Below, one piece after another: positions 24,901-36,175 of a stretch of DNA of 64,000 nt. The notes beneath the pieces were generated by a model. It had not been told where the DNA came from. It saw only the letters and a list, made by a program, of their open reading frames with translations, and searched no databases. Numbering within the stretch: the stretch's first letter is position 1; each line of letters begins with the position of its first letter. Both the position numbers and the translations under genes were made by a program. Origin of the DNA: Pecten maximus (lineage: Eukaryota); contig NC_047016.1 in the NCBI RefSeq assembly GCF_902652985.1, positions 31,682,001 through 31,746,000 on the forward strand, in the 5' to 3' direction.

Positions 24901-27334
24901 TTACAGAGATATAATACTGTACAGAGATATAATACCTGTTACAGAGATATAATACCTGTTACAGAGATATAATACCTGTTACAGAGATATAATACCTGTT
25001 ACAGAGATATAATACCTGTTACAGAGATATAATACCTGTTACAGAGATATGATACCTGTTACAGAGATATGATACCTGTTACAGAGATATAATACCTGTT
25101 ACAGAGATATAATACCTGTTACAGAGATATAATACCTGTTACAGAGATATAATACCTTTTACAGAGATATTATACCTGTTACAGAGATATAATACCTGTT
25201 ACAGAGATATGATACTTGTTTCTATTTTTAGGTAACGTCGTGGACAAGGTACTGGGTGGCACTGTGGGGGACGTCACTACTCTATTACCCAGCCAAGTCA
25301 CTACGGGGCGGTGACCGTCAGTCTGTGAGTAACTTCCTTAACTAACAAACTAACAATATTGGATGGGAGATGCAGAAGGCATTGTGTTTATAATGCAATG
25401 TATAATTATACATGTACATTGTACTAATATATATGTCAGTATATGAAAATGTGCCTTTGTAATTCAATTAAACAATCTAATTTGGCCCCTAAAATTTCTT
25501 CTAATTATTTTTAAAAGACTTACCTACATGTTGTTAAAGTTTTTTACAAATCATTTACAACAATTTGTTATTTCAGTTTAAAACCAATCCCAGTAAGATG
25601 ACATCTGTTGTTGGCTGGATGGTGGTCATGGGAGATAATCCACTACAACCAGATGCATTCCAGTTAACAGACCCAATGAAAGGTAGGTGATCACACTTTT
25701 AATGCTTTTGTTTGTCTGGGAATTATGGGTAAATTTTGTGGAGACATTATGGGTAAGCTATGAGGACATTAATTAATTATGAGAAAGATTTGGTAATGCT
25801 GTAGATACCAGAGGATAAAACTGACACAGAACATAATTCACTATCTACAGTTTCAGAAGAACGTTAATGTTTTGCTATGTAAAATGCTAAAATTGGCAGT
25901 CTCAGTCTTCTTGTGAAATTGTTGGAATTTTAGAAATTTTGTTTGATAAGATTTCAAGATTTCATAAGGAATTGTTATTTCAAAAAACAAATTCTCTAAT
26001 TTTGAAAAAAAAAAAGGTTTATATTGAATGGAGCAGATGCTTTTAGTATTAGTTTTGTACATACTACAGGATGATAATCCTACTCTTGTGTGACTGCAGT
26101 ATATCATAGTGGATAACCACGTTTAGTACCTAATGCTATGATCAGTGCCTATTTAAGTTCCTGGTCATTCTGTAATATACTGAGTTATGTAAAGGGTGGT
26201 CAGTGCCTGTTTAATTTCCTGGTCGATCTGTAATATACTGAGTTATGTAAAGGGTGGTCAGTGTCTGTTTAAGTTCCTGGTTGATCTGTAATATACTGAG
26301 TTATGTAAAGGGTGGTCAGTGCCTGTTTAATTTCCTGGTCGATCTGTAATATACTGAGTTATGTAAAGGGTGGTCAGTGCCTGTTTAAGTTCCTGGTCGA
26401 TCTGTAATATACTGAGTTATGTAAACTGAACAGCTGTGATGTTGTGTTACAGGTAATGTGTACAAGTTCCGAGGAGGCAGTCAGGCCCAGGCATTAACAT
26501 GGTGTAGACATCTCAGTGAGGCCACCAAACGCTTCCAACCAAAGGTTAGTCCTCAATAACTAGAACTATTTAGGACAGTCTCTTAGAACCAGAGGTTAGT
26601 CCTCAATAACAAGAACTATTTAGGACAGTATCTTAGAACCAGAGGTTAGTCCTCAATAACAAAAAGTATTTAGGACAGTCTCTTAGAACCAGAGGTTAGT
26701 CCTCAATAACAAGAACTATTTAGGACAGTCTCTTAGAACCAGAGGTTAGTCCTCAATAACAAAAAGTATTTAGGACAGTCTCTTAGAACCAGAGGTTAGT
26801 CCTCAATAACAAGAACTATTTAGGACAGTCTCTTAGAACCAGAGGTTAGTCCTCAATAACAAAAAGTATTTAGGACAGTCTCTTAGAACCAGAGGTTAGT
26901 CCTCAATAACAAAAAGTATTTTGGGTTGTCTCTTATAACCAAATGTTAGTCCTCAATAACAAGAAGAATTTAGGACTTTCTCTTACGTTCAGAGATTAGT
27001 CCTCAATAGCAAAAAGTATTTAGGACTGTCTCTTATAACCACAGGCTTGTAATCATTAACAAAATGGATTTTCTATTACCAAAGGTCAGTCCTTATTAAT
27101 TAACAAAAAAAGATTTAGGACTGCCTCTTACAACCAAAAGGTTGAAAATACATTGTAGCACCTGTCCTTTTATTTGCCTGAACATTTTTTTACTGTGATG
27201 ATGAGGATAATTTTTAAATTTCTAGTTGCCAAGGTATTACAGATATAGTGCAAACTTTTTTGATTTTGAGTCCTCATATCCATAATCCTTTTATGTATTT
27301 TCAGACCCCTACAAACCTTATGTCATTTGATTGA
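9845..27334 (+). CDS. RALGPS: RalGPS-family Ral guanine nucleotide exchange factor (CDC25/RasGEF domain + Pro-rich linker + C-terminal PH domain); 16 coding exons, 5' exon(s) not identified
   Basis: Manual splicing gives one continuous frame of 1623 nt with all phases compatible. Exons: 9845-9958, 13963-14013, 14260-14343, 15574-15663, 15932-16024, 16907-17030, 18586-18717, 18992-19085, 19552-19737, 20080-20234, 21949-22018, 22365-22473, 25232-25324, 25577-25682, 26453-26544, 27305-27334. Peptides match vertebrate RalGPS1/2 as I recall them: [109 protein letters not shown], terminal PTNLMSFD*. Confidence 0.96.
12816..13538. repeat. Intronic minisatellite, 45-bp unit x~16
   Basis: CTTTGTGGGGATACCTATTGTTACTCCATCCTGTTGACTGTCTAT. 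Confidence 0.97.
13963..14013 (+). CDS. RALGPS: RalGPS exon ([17 protein letters not shown])
   Basis: ttttcAG / GTaagt, 51 nt. Confidence 0.94.
14260..14343 (+). CDS. RALGPS: RalGPS exon ([28 protein letters not shown])
   Basis: ttttAG / GTaagt, 84 nt, CDC25 domain. Confidence 0.95.
15574..15663 (+). CDS. RALGPS: RalGPS exon ([30 protein letters not shown])
   Basis: ttacAG / GTaaga, 90 nt. Confidence 0.95.
15932..16024 (+). CDS. RALGPS: RalGPS exon ([31 protein letters not shown])
   Basis: tttcAG / GTaagt, 93 nt, RasGEF conserved motif. Confidence 0.95.
16907..17030 (+). CDS. RALGPS: RalGPS exon ([12 protein letters not shown]...HPCVPYL)
   Basis: tttcAG / GTcagt, 124 nt. Confidence 0.94.
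18195..18515. mobile_element. TA-CCGTA-type MITE (Tc1/mariner-like) with a reiterated right end
   Basis: TACCGTATTCATCC.. left end; GGGGCTTATTTGAGGATAAATATGGTA-like right end repeated about 4 times; related ends at 20325-20530 and 48192. Confidence 0.55.
18586..18717 (+). CDS. RALGPS: RalGPS exon ([11 protein letters not shown]...[16 protein letters not shown])
   Basis: tttAG / GTaggt, 132 nt. Confidence 0.95.
18992..19085 (+). CDS. RALGPS: RalGPS exon ([32 protein letters not shown])
   Basis: cattAG / GTaagt, 94 nt. Confidence 0.95.
19122..19406. mobile_element. Two-domain foldback element with a branched Y-shaped palindrome
   Basis: 12-bp IR 19122-19133 / 19259-19270, followed by a three-stem structure at 19266-19406. 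Confidence 0.65.
19552..19737 (+). CDS. RALGPS: RalGPS exon (LSLKVEPP...[11 protein letters not shown]...HRKTKSLSA), Pro-rich linker
   Basis: cttgtAG / GTaggt, 186 nt. Confidence 0.9.
20080..20234 (+). CDS. RALGPS: RalGPS exon (NFMSNGQQ...[22 protein letters not shown]), ends at a GC donor
   Basis: atttAG acceptor; G|GCAAGT donor gives the phase 1 required by the next exon. Confidence 0.82.
21949..22018 (+). CDS. RALGPS: RalGPS exon ([23 protein letters not shown])
   Basis: cacAG / GTaagt, 70 nt, bridges phase 1 to phase 2. Confidence 0.82.
22365..22473 (+). CDS. RALGPS: RalGPS exon (MTWRESE...[18 protein letters not shown]), start of PH domain
   Basis: ttacAG / GTgagt, 109 nt. Confidence 0.93.
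22668..25220. repeat. Intronic minisatellite, 20-bp unit TGTTACAGAGATATRATACC, about 125-130 copies
   Basis: Direct periodicity; ends within the acceptor region of exon 25232. Confidence 0.98.
25232..25324 (+). CDS. RALGPS: RalGPS exon ([31 protein letters not shown])
   Basis: tttttAG / GTgagt, 93 nt, PH domain. Confidence 0.95.
25577..25682 (+). CDS. RALGPS: RalGPS exon ([17 protein letters not shown]...[11 protein letters not shown])
   Basis: tttcAG / GTaggt, 106 nt. Confidence 0.95.
26143..26425. repeat. Intronic tandem repeat, 58-bp unit x~5
   Basis: Units start at 26143, 26201, 26259, 26317, 26375. Confidence 0.93.
26453..26544 (+). CDS. RALGPS: RalGPS exon ([31 protein letters not shown])
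   Basis: ttacAG / GTtagt, 92 nt, PH C-terminal helix with conserved Trp. Confidence 0.94.
26537..27140. repeat. Tandem repeat, 50-bp unit x~11, starting inside the penultimate RalGPS exon
   Basis: AACCAGAGGTTAGTCCTCAATAACAAGAACTATTTAGGACAGTCTCTTAG; decays towards the 3' end. Confidence 0.94.
27305..27334 (+). CDS. RALGPS: RalGPS terminal coding exon (TPTNLMSFD*)
   Basis: ttttcAG acceptor; matches the conserved PxNLMSFE-type C-terminus; TGA stop. Confidence 0.92.
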   Translation, partial: TPTNLMSFD

Positions 27335-29358
27335 AGGCCCTCGTGCTTGGACTCGGAAAAGTCGCCATAACTGTGATAAACCCAGTGACCATGAAAAAAG
27401 GTTGACCTTGACATTCCCTAGCTCAAGGTCGTCTCAAACCAGTGTCTGCTGGCAGGGTACACAGACACGGGGAAATCTCTGTTGGGGTTTCCCAATATTC
27501 ATAGCAGTCAGCTTGTGCTTAGTGGTTTCTGACCTAGAGCCATTTGTGCCAAATACAGATGTTTTGTAGAGCATCGACCGCAGCTTTGTTCATGGTTACC
27601 AGCCTACTGGCTTCTCTGACCCCAGTGGAGGACAAGTGATGGATTCTCAGTGGATTCTCATGGGAATCACAGTACTAGATACTCTTCAAATACTCCTTGA
27701 TACCCTCATATACCCTGTGGATACTCAGTAGGCAGTCTGTTTACACCTGTGATGTACGATACTTTATGGTTACTGTTTAGTTACTCATGGAAACAGGGTG
27801 TAAAGTGGACTGAGAGAAGCTTGTTATCTTTCGACTCGCTCACACGTGTTAACAGGGTCGTCAATGAAGAATACTTGAGAGAAGTTTGTTAACGTTTGAC
27901 TCGCTCACACGTGTTTACAGGGTCATTAATGAAGAATACTCAAGTCCCACTTGTCATAATAGAAACAATGAACAAAAGCAATGCATTATTTTTGTTTGAT
28001 GAAGATATGTTTTGATGTGCCAGTATATGTATTGTATGCGTAGGTGAGCACCATCACCTGACATTCCTTGATGAGCCTTCAGCTTGTTCTCTTCTGTAAT
28101 GTGATATTCAGGCTGCTTTATATGTTGTGTGCAATTTTCATTCTCGTATATTTTCCCCCCCTATATTTTCGTAACAAATTATGTGGTCAGTCCGTTTATT
28201 TCATGATTGGCCCAAACTATTCTAGTCCACTTGGTAACAGAATGGGATATTTTGGTGTGTCGCGTGGGAAAATGTTTCTGATTAGTTATACGAGGGTGGT
28301 GAACTGATTAGTTATACGAGGGTGGTGGGGACCAGTGCTTTATTAGTGCTCGCTGTAAGAAATAAAACCATTATTGCAATGGTGACTAGTACAAAAATAA
28401 AATGAAAGGGTCTTCAAATGTTTTGAAAATTTAAGATACTCTATATTCAGATAAACAAGAATTTGGATGCTTAATTTCACAAGACATTTCAGGAATGCCC
28501 ATGGAAAGGTATTTAAGCTATTTTTCTGTGCAAAGTTTTAAAAGGGAAGGATAACACTGATTTTTTAAAAAGCTTTCAAGATTTAACAATGAAAGATCTT
28601 TTTTAACATTATTTTTATATGATGGTTAGTAGTTTTAAAGATGAAATAGTTTTGTTGCATTTGCAAATATTTAAGTCATGCTGGGAGTGTCAGAACTCAT
28701 TGAAGTAAAACTTAAGGGTAAACTTTCATAGTTGTTTATGTATCGAGAAATGTCACCCACGCTTTCAGTACTCCTAGAACATAGATAAAACCAACACGTG
28801 GAGGAAAGCTGCAGTAGCTGTAATAACAACTACCCTTGTTCATCTGGGACCCAGTGGAAGGGAGATAATCACAATTTTTTATGATAAAATAAGTTTTAAG
28901 GAATATGTCTTTTTAACAGACAGGAATGTGCAATCATTGGATGTGTTGATTTTTTTAGTCATTCCATGCAGGACACAGGCGCTATCTGTAATTCCTAGCT
29001 GTGTATTCTGTTGTTCAATAGACAGTACAGACCTAATACCCCCGGTTATGATCTTATAATTATGGTCATGTAGGTAAAGTCATGAATGTTTGATCTTTCT
29101 GTGAAAAAAAAAAATACGGTTTAGATAACCGTCATTTTACCTCTTTGCTTTTATTTCTCTTTTCAATGCAGAGGGTTTGTCATTTTTCAAAGATTTTTGG
29201 AAACTTGAAAAAAAAAATCCTACCACCAGGTAGTGCTTCATACTGTATGTAACTTGTTCTCAGACTAAAAAAATGAAATTAACCTAAAGTGAGTTCCTCA
29301 ATAACTGGGGGAGGTTTTTAGTCTAACTTTGTTGGAATCTTCCTGTCTGCCAGTTTGG

Positions 29359-29497
29359 GGTACTCCGTAAGCCAGAGCCTGATGGCTGTTGAGGTACTCA
29401 GTAAGCCAGAGCCTGATGGCTGTTGAGGTACTCAGTAAGCCAGAGCCTGATGGCTGTTGAGGTACTCAGTTAGCAAGAGCCTGATGCCTGTTGAGGT
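29359..29497. repeat. Tandem repeat, 34-bp unit x4, downstream of the RalGPS stop
   Basis: TAAGCCAGAGCCTGATGGCTGTTGAGGTACTCAG. Confidence 0.9.
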
Positions 29498-31989
29498 AAT
29501 CTGTGTAAAGATGGTCATCCTGTGTCAGTTCAGTCCTCAACTAAGAGATTGGCCATCATCATATAATCAGTTTGGGCTCTAAATGGCAGTCTCCTTTGTC
29601 TGTCTGATTGAGGACACCCTGTCGGTCTGATTGAGGTCTTCAATGAATAGTTGTACCATTCTGTCTGTCAGGTTTTACGGCCGATATAGTCTTACCACAG
29701 GTACATGCCACACACAAAAAATATTTGGTGTATTGACAGACAAGGCAAGTGGCTGTGGAGGGTCTACTACAGGTCAGCGTAAAGTCTTTGTTGAATAGCA
29801 GAGTCCTTCAATCCAATTGCACACCCAGTAAGAGAAGCTTAAGGGTAAATTCCTTAAGTTTGTGACTTTCAGCAATCAGATTAGAATTAGACTTGTAATT
29901 TGTGTTCCTCTATGTTCTAGTATTGCAGTGTGTCCTATAGAATCATAGAGGAGCAGAAATCACAAGTATAATTTTACTTACATTGTGACTTTGTTGTACC
30001 AGTTTTTACAGTGTATTTGGGCTGTTTGTGTCTAAATATTAGCTCAGAAACAAAACAGTAGGACAGTATTTTATGATAGATCATGTGGTCCATGTCTTCA
30101 GATTTTTATGATCATGTAACTGTGACATGCATCACAACTGTGGTCTAAATATGTCTTCCAATAGTTTCATTAATATATTTTTTGCCATTCTTCATTGTGC
30201 TGCATTCATTTATATTTGGTAAACTCGTAACAGTACTAGATATGTTATATTGCCGACATGTATGTGATGTTGTAGTTTTATAATGCTTATTAGAATTATT
30301 TTACTTAAGATTGGAGACATCATTTAAACCATGTTTCAAATGCCATCACATTTCAAATCCACATGGTTCTTAAAGAATCCTGGATTTTAAGTGCAGAGAT
30401 TTCAGACATGTGCCTTGAAATAGAATGTGTATTGTCTTCCACACATTTTAACCCAGCTACTTATGAGAAGAAGATTTTCTTTATTAAATTTGATTATATA
30501 CAAGCTTGTGTGTAGTCTATATACATTTTACAGTCTCTGGCTGTAGTTACACTACATCCAGAAAGCGTCCCAGTGAACACAATAAGCTGCTGGCCATGCG
30601 ACACAAAAAGACAAACACTAAAATTTGTGTAGATGGATAAAGGCATTGTTGACATGTTTTTTATACAGGTTCAGAAATATATAACACTGTAATGCATTAT
30701 TTATGTTTTAAAGGTGTAAAATGTATCAAGATGGGTTTTTTCTTGAGATTAATTTAAAATGAAATCCAACAACAAGTGTTTTTTCTTTTGATTTGCAATA
30801 TGTTATTATGTTACATATTTATTGTCCAGTGTTGAGTTAGATTGTACTCTGCAGATTAAGTTCCATATTTCTGGGACTGTATTGTCATAGTGTCAATGCA
30901 TAAACGAATAGTACATGTAATTCCATGAAGCTGTAGCACTGTTAGTTGGGCACTGCCAGCCACAGTACCCGTCACCAGCAATAACATACCTGTAACACTG
31001 AATCTCCAGAGAATTTTTCACTAAGGTACAACAAATTGTGTCCTGTATGTGGAGCATCATCCACTGCTGAATAGATCTAGAGCTCCGCATTGTGCTTCGC
31101 TTTGTCTGGAGTTTTACGCTTGACCTTTACCACTATAATGTTCTTTATTTGACTGCTGAACACCCCTTCCCCCGCCATATTCCATGTAGATTGACATACA
31201 TCTATCACAAATTCTCTAGGGAGGTGGCATGTAGGGTTTGATGTCCAGGGGTGCTGTGATATAAAGAACAAATTCTAATGTACCTGATTTGAGGCATATC
31301 TTGTTTTTTTCGACATTACAATGTTAAATTTCCAGAGTTAAAATTAAAGAAAAAATTGATTTCATGATGAATTAGTGTATCTCAGTTTTGGAATTATATT
31401 GTGTGAGCTGTGGTTATTACCAAAGGTTTAATATCACATTTTTACTTACAATGACTGCTCAGAATTAAGTAACAGGTACACTATGTGGTACATGTATTAC
31501 ACATGCTTGATGTACGTATGTGAAAAGCTACACATGTATGTGATGTGTTTTAAAATTGTTACAAGATGGAGATCACACATGCAGTGTTGCATGTGAATAG
31601 CTACACACTTGTATTGCTACACACGAGCTGTGTTACACATGTGTATTGTTAAATTGAAGTACATGTGTGTAGTATTACACGTGAGTAGTTTTACACACAT
31701 GTACTGATACACATGACAAGTACACATTGAAGTGTTACATGTCGTGTTCACCAGTATGTCATTTCTATAGATCGGTGAAAGGTCAGAGGGGGCAAAGGTT
31801 ATAGTGATCATTTCTAAGTGTGTCAATCAGTGACGGAATGTGTTGATCAACGACACAAGTGGATTTCACATTCATTAGCTACATTTCTCATTGATAATGT
31901 TCATTTTATATCAAATAAAACATGAAAAAAAATTCAAAAGAAAAAGTAAATAATACATAATAAAATTTAATTGGTAAAAATATTGTCTC

Positions 31990-32091
31990 TGTTTGTTGTT
32001 TGTTTGGAACCTGCTCAGTACTGTGTTTGTTGTTTGTTTGGAACCTGCTCAGTACTGTGTTTGTTGTTTGTTTGGAACCTGCTCAGTACTG
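31990..32091. repeat. Tandem repeat, 34-bp unit x3
   Basis: TGTTTGTTGTTTGTTTGGAACCTGCTCAGTACTG. Confidence 0.9.
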
Positions 32092-32394
32092 CTGTGGAGG
32101 GAGAACATGTATTCTATTTATCAGGACACATAAGTTCTATGTTGAACAACCAGATATTATAGACATATCAGGTAGCATTTGACGTCCACACCACAACAAC
32201 CAATGTTACATATAATGTCCACAAATGATGGGGCCAACTAATGGCTTATTTAACTTGTCCAAAACTTTGACACTGTGCCATAATTATGATGATATTAATA
32301 TACTGACAATGGGCCAACCATTGTTTACCGTCAATACCAGTTTATATACTCGTGTCATTCTGATTTGGCGAACACTCAGCACAGAGGCTTTTGA

Positions 32395-33370
32395 CTTTAA
32401 ACATATTTTATTGTAAGAACAAAGGGATTCCAACTTATGAAGCCTTCTCCAATAAATATATTATTATTTACAAACGATGACATAGGTATAATATATAGTA
32501 AAATCAACATTTATGGGAAGAAAATAAAAAAAAAAAAAATGAATAATTTAATTTAACATGCAATGTACATAATAAAGATATACAAGTGTATATTATATTC
32601 AAAATCTTCTGTTGGACTTTATAAATGACTGCACATGTTCAAATACATAACAATTTACTTCCAAAGCCAAGTTTTCATTTCCATAAAGTAATAAATTTAA
32701 ATTTACATGTGTGTTTAAGTCATTAAAAGCTTGGAGCATTTCAGCACGGGCAGTAAAATATCCCTGACACTCAAAAAAGAAATGATGGACATTTTCACAA
32801 ATATTGCCACAGTTTACACAAATAGAGTCCTGTGCTAAATTTACAGGAAAAGATCATCTCTGAGGGAACTACACTAATGTCTTAATTTAGTATGTATAAT
32901 GTTAAACTTTCTTTCACCATAATTTAAGTACCAAGGCAGACTAGTAGAGATAGGTTGGGAAAGAGCTAGTTTAAAAGAAGAAAGAGGTAGGGATTTAACA
33001 TTGTCGTCTAAGTTATTCCAGGTTTTTAAAGTAGGGGGCAAGAAGGAGTTAGTTGTAGTGGAAAGTCGGTAATTTGGAATTCTGAAGTTGTCCTTATTTC
33101 TTAAAGTGTATGGATTAATATCGCCTACTGAAGGTGGTAATAAGTTTGATAGATAAGTTGGAGTCATATTATTGTTTATCTTATATAGTAATTGAAGTTT
33201 TCTTCTAGCTCTTCTGTCTGAAAGGAGTTCCAATTCTGTTTCGAAATATAAAGATTCCTTTCTTGTATAAGATGGTAACCCGGTTATTCTTTTTATTGCT
33301 TCAGGCTGAGCCCGCTCTAACTTTTCTGAATCAGCTTGAGAGCATCCGTCCCAAACCTCACAAGCACAGA
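32395..33370 (-). mobile_element. 5'-truncated LINE (CR1/L2-type) fragment: C-terminal part of ORF2 plus 3' UTR
   Basis: VWDGCSQADSEKLERAQ..AIKRITGL..LSDRRARRKLQLLYKI..PTYL..FLPPTLKTWNNL, then a broken Cys/His knuckle (CGNICENVHHFFFEC); frame disrupted. Confidence 0.85.
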
Positions 33371-33599
33371 GGCCTAAAGTAAGGTATTGTGAAGGCATTT
33401 GAGATAGCACTGGTAAATAAATAATAGATATCCCCAATGTTGTAATGACAGCAGTAGATTTATTTATGTTATTCCATAACCACAATTAAAATTACAAAAC
33501 TGAAGATTTGTACCTCTGATTTTATGGTCAAGAAGATATTCAATCTTCAGAACATTATCTCATTGATATAGGGATACATTTCTGAAGTCATAATGATTA

Positions 33600-34307
33600 A
33601 GCTGGCTTGAGTAACAACTGCGATTAATTCCAAAGGACCAAGGTGAGCTTATGCTGTGGCGTCCAGTGTCCGTCGGTCTGTCAACAACTGTTTTATGAAC
33701 ACTATAACTTAAGTTAATATCAACCAAGTCTGATGAAACTGTATATGCAGTCAGATATCAACAAGATCTGGGACAAGTTCGAAAATGGAATTATTCGACA
33801 CTAACTTACAGAGTGTAATAATATTATCATTGGACTTGTGAACAGGATAACTAGAGTAAATATCAATACAGTTTGATGAAACTTTGTATGTAGCCAAATA
33901 TTAACAAGATGTTGGACGAGTTTGAAAATGGAAATGGAAATTATTCGACAGTAACATGCAGAGTTGTAGCCCTTTGTAATAATAGTATTAACAATTTATT
34001 AGGTCACCTGGCACAAAAGGCCGGTATGTTTTGCGATGGTGTAGGGTCCATCATCTGTCTGGAACATTATTGGGCAAAAGAGATCTAACGTTGTATAAAA
34101 GGAGGGCGTGGAACCCCTGGTGGAAAATATAGCAAAAACAAAAACTTAACACTGCTTTTACTTTTTCAAGAATGACAAGATTTAGTCCACCTGTAGTTTG
34201 AACCATTGTAGGGAGGGGCAGTTCAAAAGTAGGAAAATATTTGATATATAACTTAAATTAGAGTATTTTGCAATAAGCACTGAAATGTCCATGTGGGCCT
34301 CTTGTTT
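33600..34307 (-). mobile_element. Degraded HINE/Helentron-type non-autonomous element(s)
   Basis: GGACCAAGGTGAGCTTATGC..GTCCGTC is the reverse complement of the 37050-37155 end; a probable 5' end AACAAGAGGCCCA lies on the minus strand near 34300. Confidence 0.65.
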
Positions 34308-35386
34308 TATTCACCCTAGCGCTTCTACATTTGCTGCAGTTCATGTCAGTGTGCATATATTGTCCAAACACATGGACTAGGTATCAAACAAGTAACATGT
34401 ACTTGATGACGAAACAATTAACAATAACAAATGTAAACTTTGATTGTGAAACAAGTTAAATTAACTTGTATTAAGTATATTAATCCCTCTTGTTGGCCCA
34501 GAGGGGAGCGGGCGAGAGGTCTTCCTTTGGAAGAAAACCGAGTGTCATAAAAAAAACTTCACATCTTTTCACCTCTGTATATTTCGTTTCTTTTCTTCTA
34601 AAGTGTCAGTCCTGACCAAAGACGGCTGTAGGACAAACATATTTGTCCACATCTATTTAACATGCAATGTATCGTCTCTAAAAACCTATTTTTCTGATGA
34701 CTTTATTAATTAATAATGAACATTACGTAAGCTTGACCACCCATCATTATTCCATTAGCACTCGCGAAAATCTCACTTTCATCGACCATCCGAGTTCTCG
34801 GAGCTCCTGACAATCATCTGTGACCATGGGCGCTCCACTATCCCACACTTTGTCATCTTTGTTGTACAGGACTTCTATACTCTACCACGGGTTAGTAATA
34901 ATAAAAAGATCATATAATTTGGTTGTTATGATTAACACTAGAGAGAAATAGGTTTTGTATTCGCTTCCCCGTCAGTGTTACCTACATTACAAGAGGATCG
35001 GCCTATAGTTGTTATTGATGACATTTGGACATTAGCTTGTAGATTCCATAAATTGATTGATGATATTACACAAATTAGACTTTTCATGTCTGGCCAGAGT
35101 GCTCCAGGAATGCCAACAAAAGAATAAATACTATTAACATCAGTTTGTTTTGTTTTAGGGGTTTAACGTCCCCGTAACAACAGGGTCAAATGGGGTGGCG
35201 AGAAGACAGTGTAAGAAAGCAAAGAACAGAAACAAAAGTTGGGAAAGGAAGATACAAAGTGTTGCAATGGGGACAGAAGATATATTTTGTTCTTTTCAAT
35301 GTCCCCTAGATAGCATCCGGAACTCCGCGGGGAATCTACATTACTACAGGGTATTTGTGTATTTCAGCGACAATACTCGATGAGTT

Positions 35387-35518
35387 GCCAGGTACTGACC
35401 GTAGGCCGGTGGTTTTTCTCCGGGTACTCCGGCTTTCCTCCACCTCCAAAACCTGGCACGTCCTTAAAAAATCCTGGCTGTTAATAGGACGTTAAAAAAA
35501 ACAAAAAAAAACAAAACC
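35387..35518 (+). mobile_element. 5'-truncated SINE with V-domain-like core and A-rich tail, flanked by TSD CGATGAGTT
   Basis: GGTTTTTCTCCGGGTACTCCGGCTTTCCTCCAC core; direct repeat at 35378-35386 and 35519-35527. Confidence 0.8.
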
Positions 35519-36175
35519 CGATGAGTTCAGGATGTCCTAGATAGAATTCTCGATTCTTCAGGGAGTCCACTTTTAGTCGCCTTCTACGATCCGTAATATT
35601 CTTCACAATAAGCCTGTCCAAGCAAACATACAAACATACCTCCACACTTTCGAGACCATGAACACCCCTATCATTTCTTAGCGTTATTCTAAACCGACTG
35701 CTTCCAAGTTTTCTTAATTACAAGAAACACTGCAACAGCTGTACATACGAGTAATTAATACGCATGTGGTTTTGTAATGTAAATTGCGATTGAGTAATAT
35801 ATAAAGCGGCTGAAAAACAATGTGTATACCTCCCCAAGAGGCCATCTTCGGTAGTCAAGGTTTCTGATTACGTTACGTACACTCCACGTGGAGTAAGTGT
35901 AACGTAATCAGAAGCATGTGCTTTCGAGGTATTGCTTTGGAATTTGTCATGACAACTTTCTAGGATACTATTTATGTATTTGCATAATCTAAAATCCAAA
36001 CAATCAGTATTTACGTCATGAAAGTGTTTCATATGCGCATGCAAGTATATTTTTTCGACATTTATTTCGGATATTATAAGATAAACGAAGACAAAACATT
36101 ATAATAAGCATACCATACCTATTGCAAGTTCCACTATTGTTTTGAAACGGTCACAGTTACAAAACTTTTAGAATC

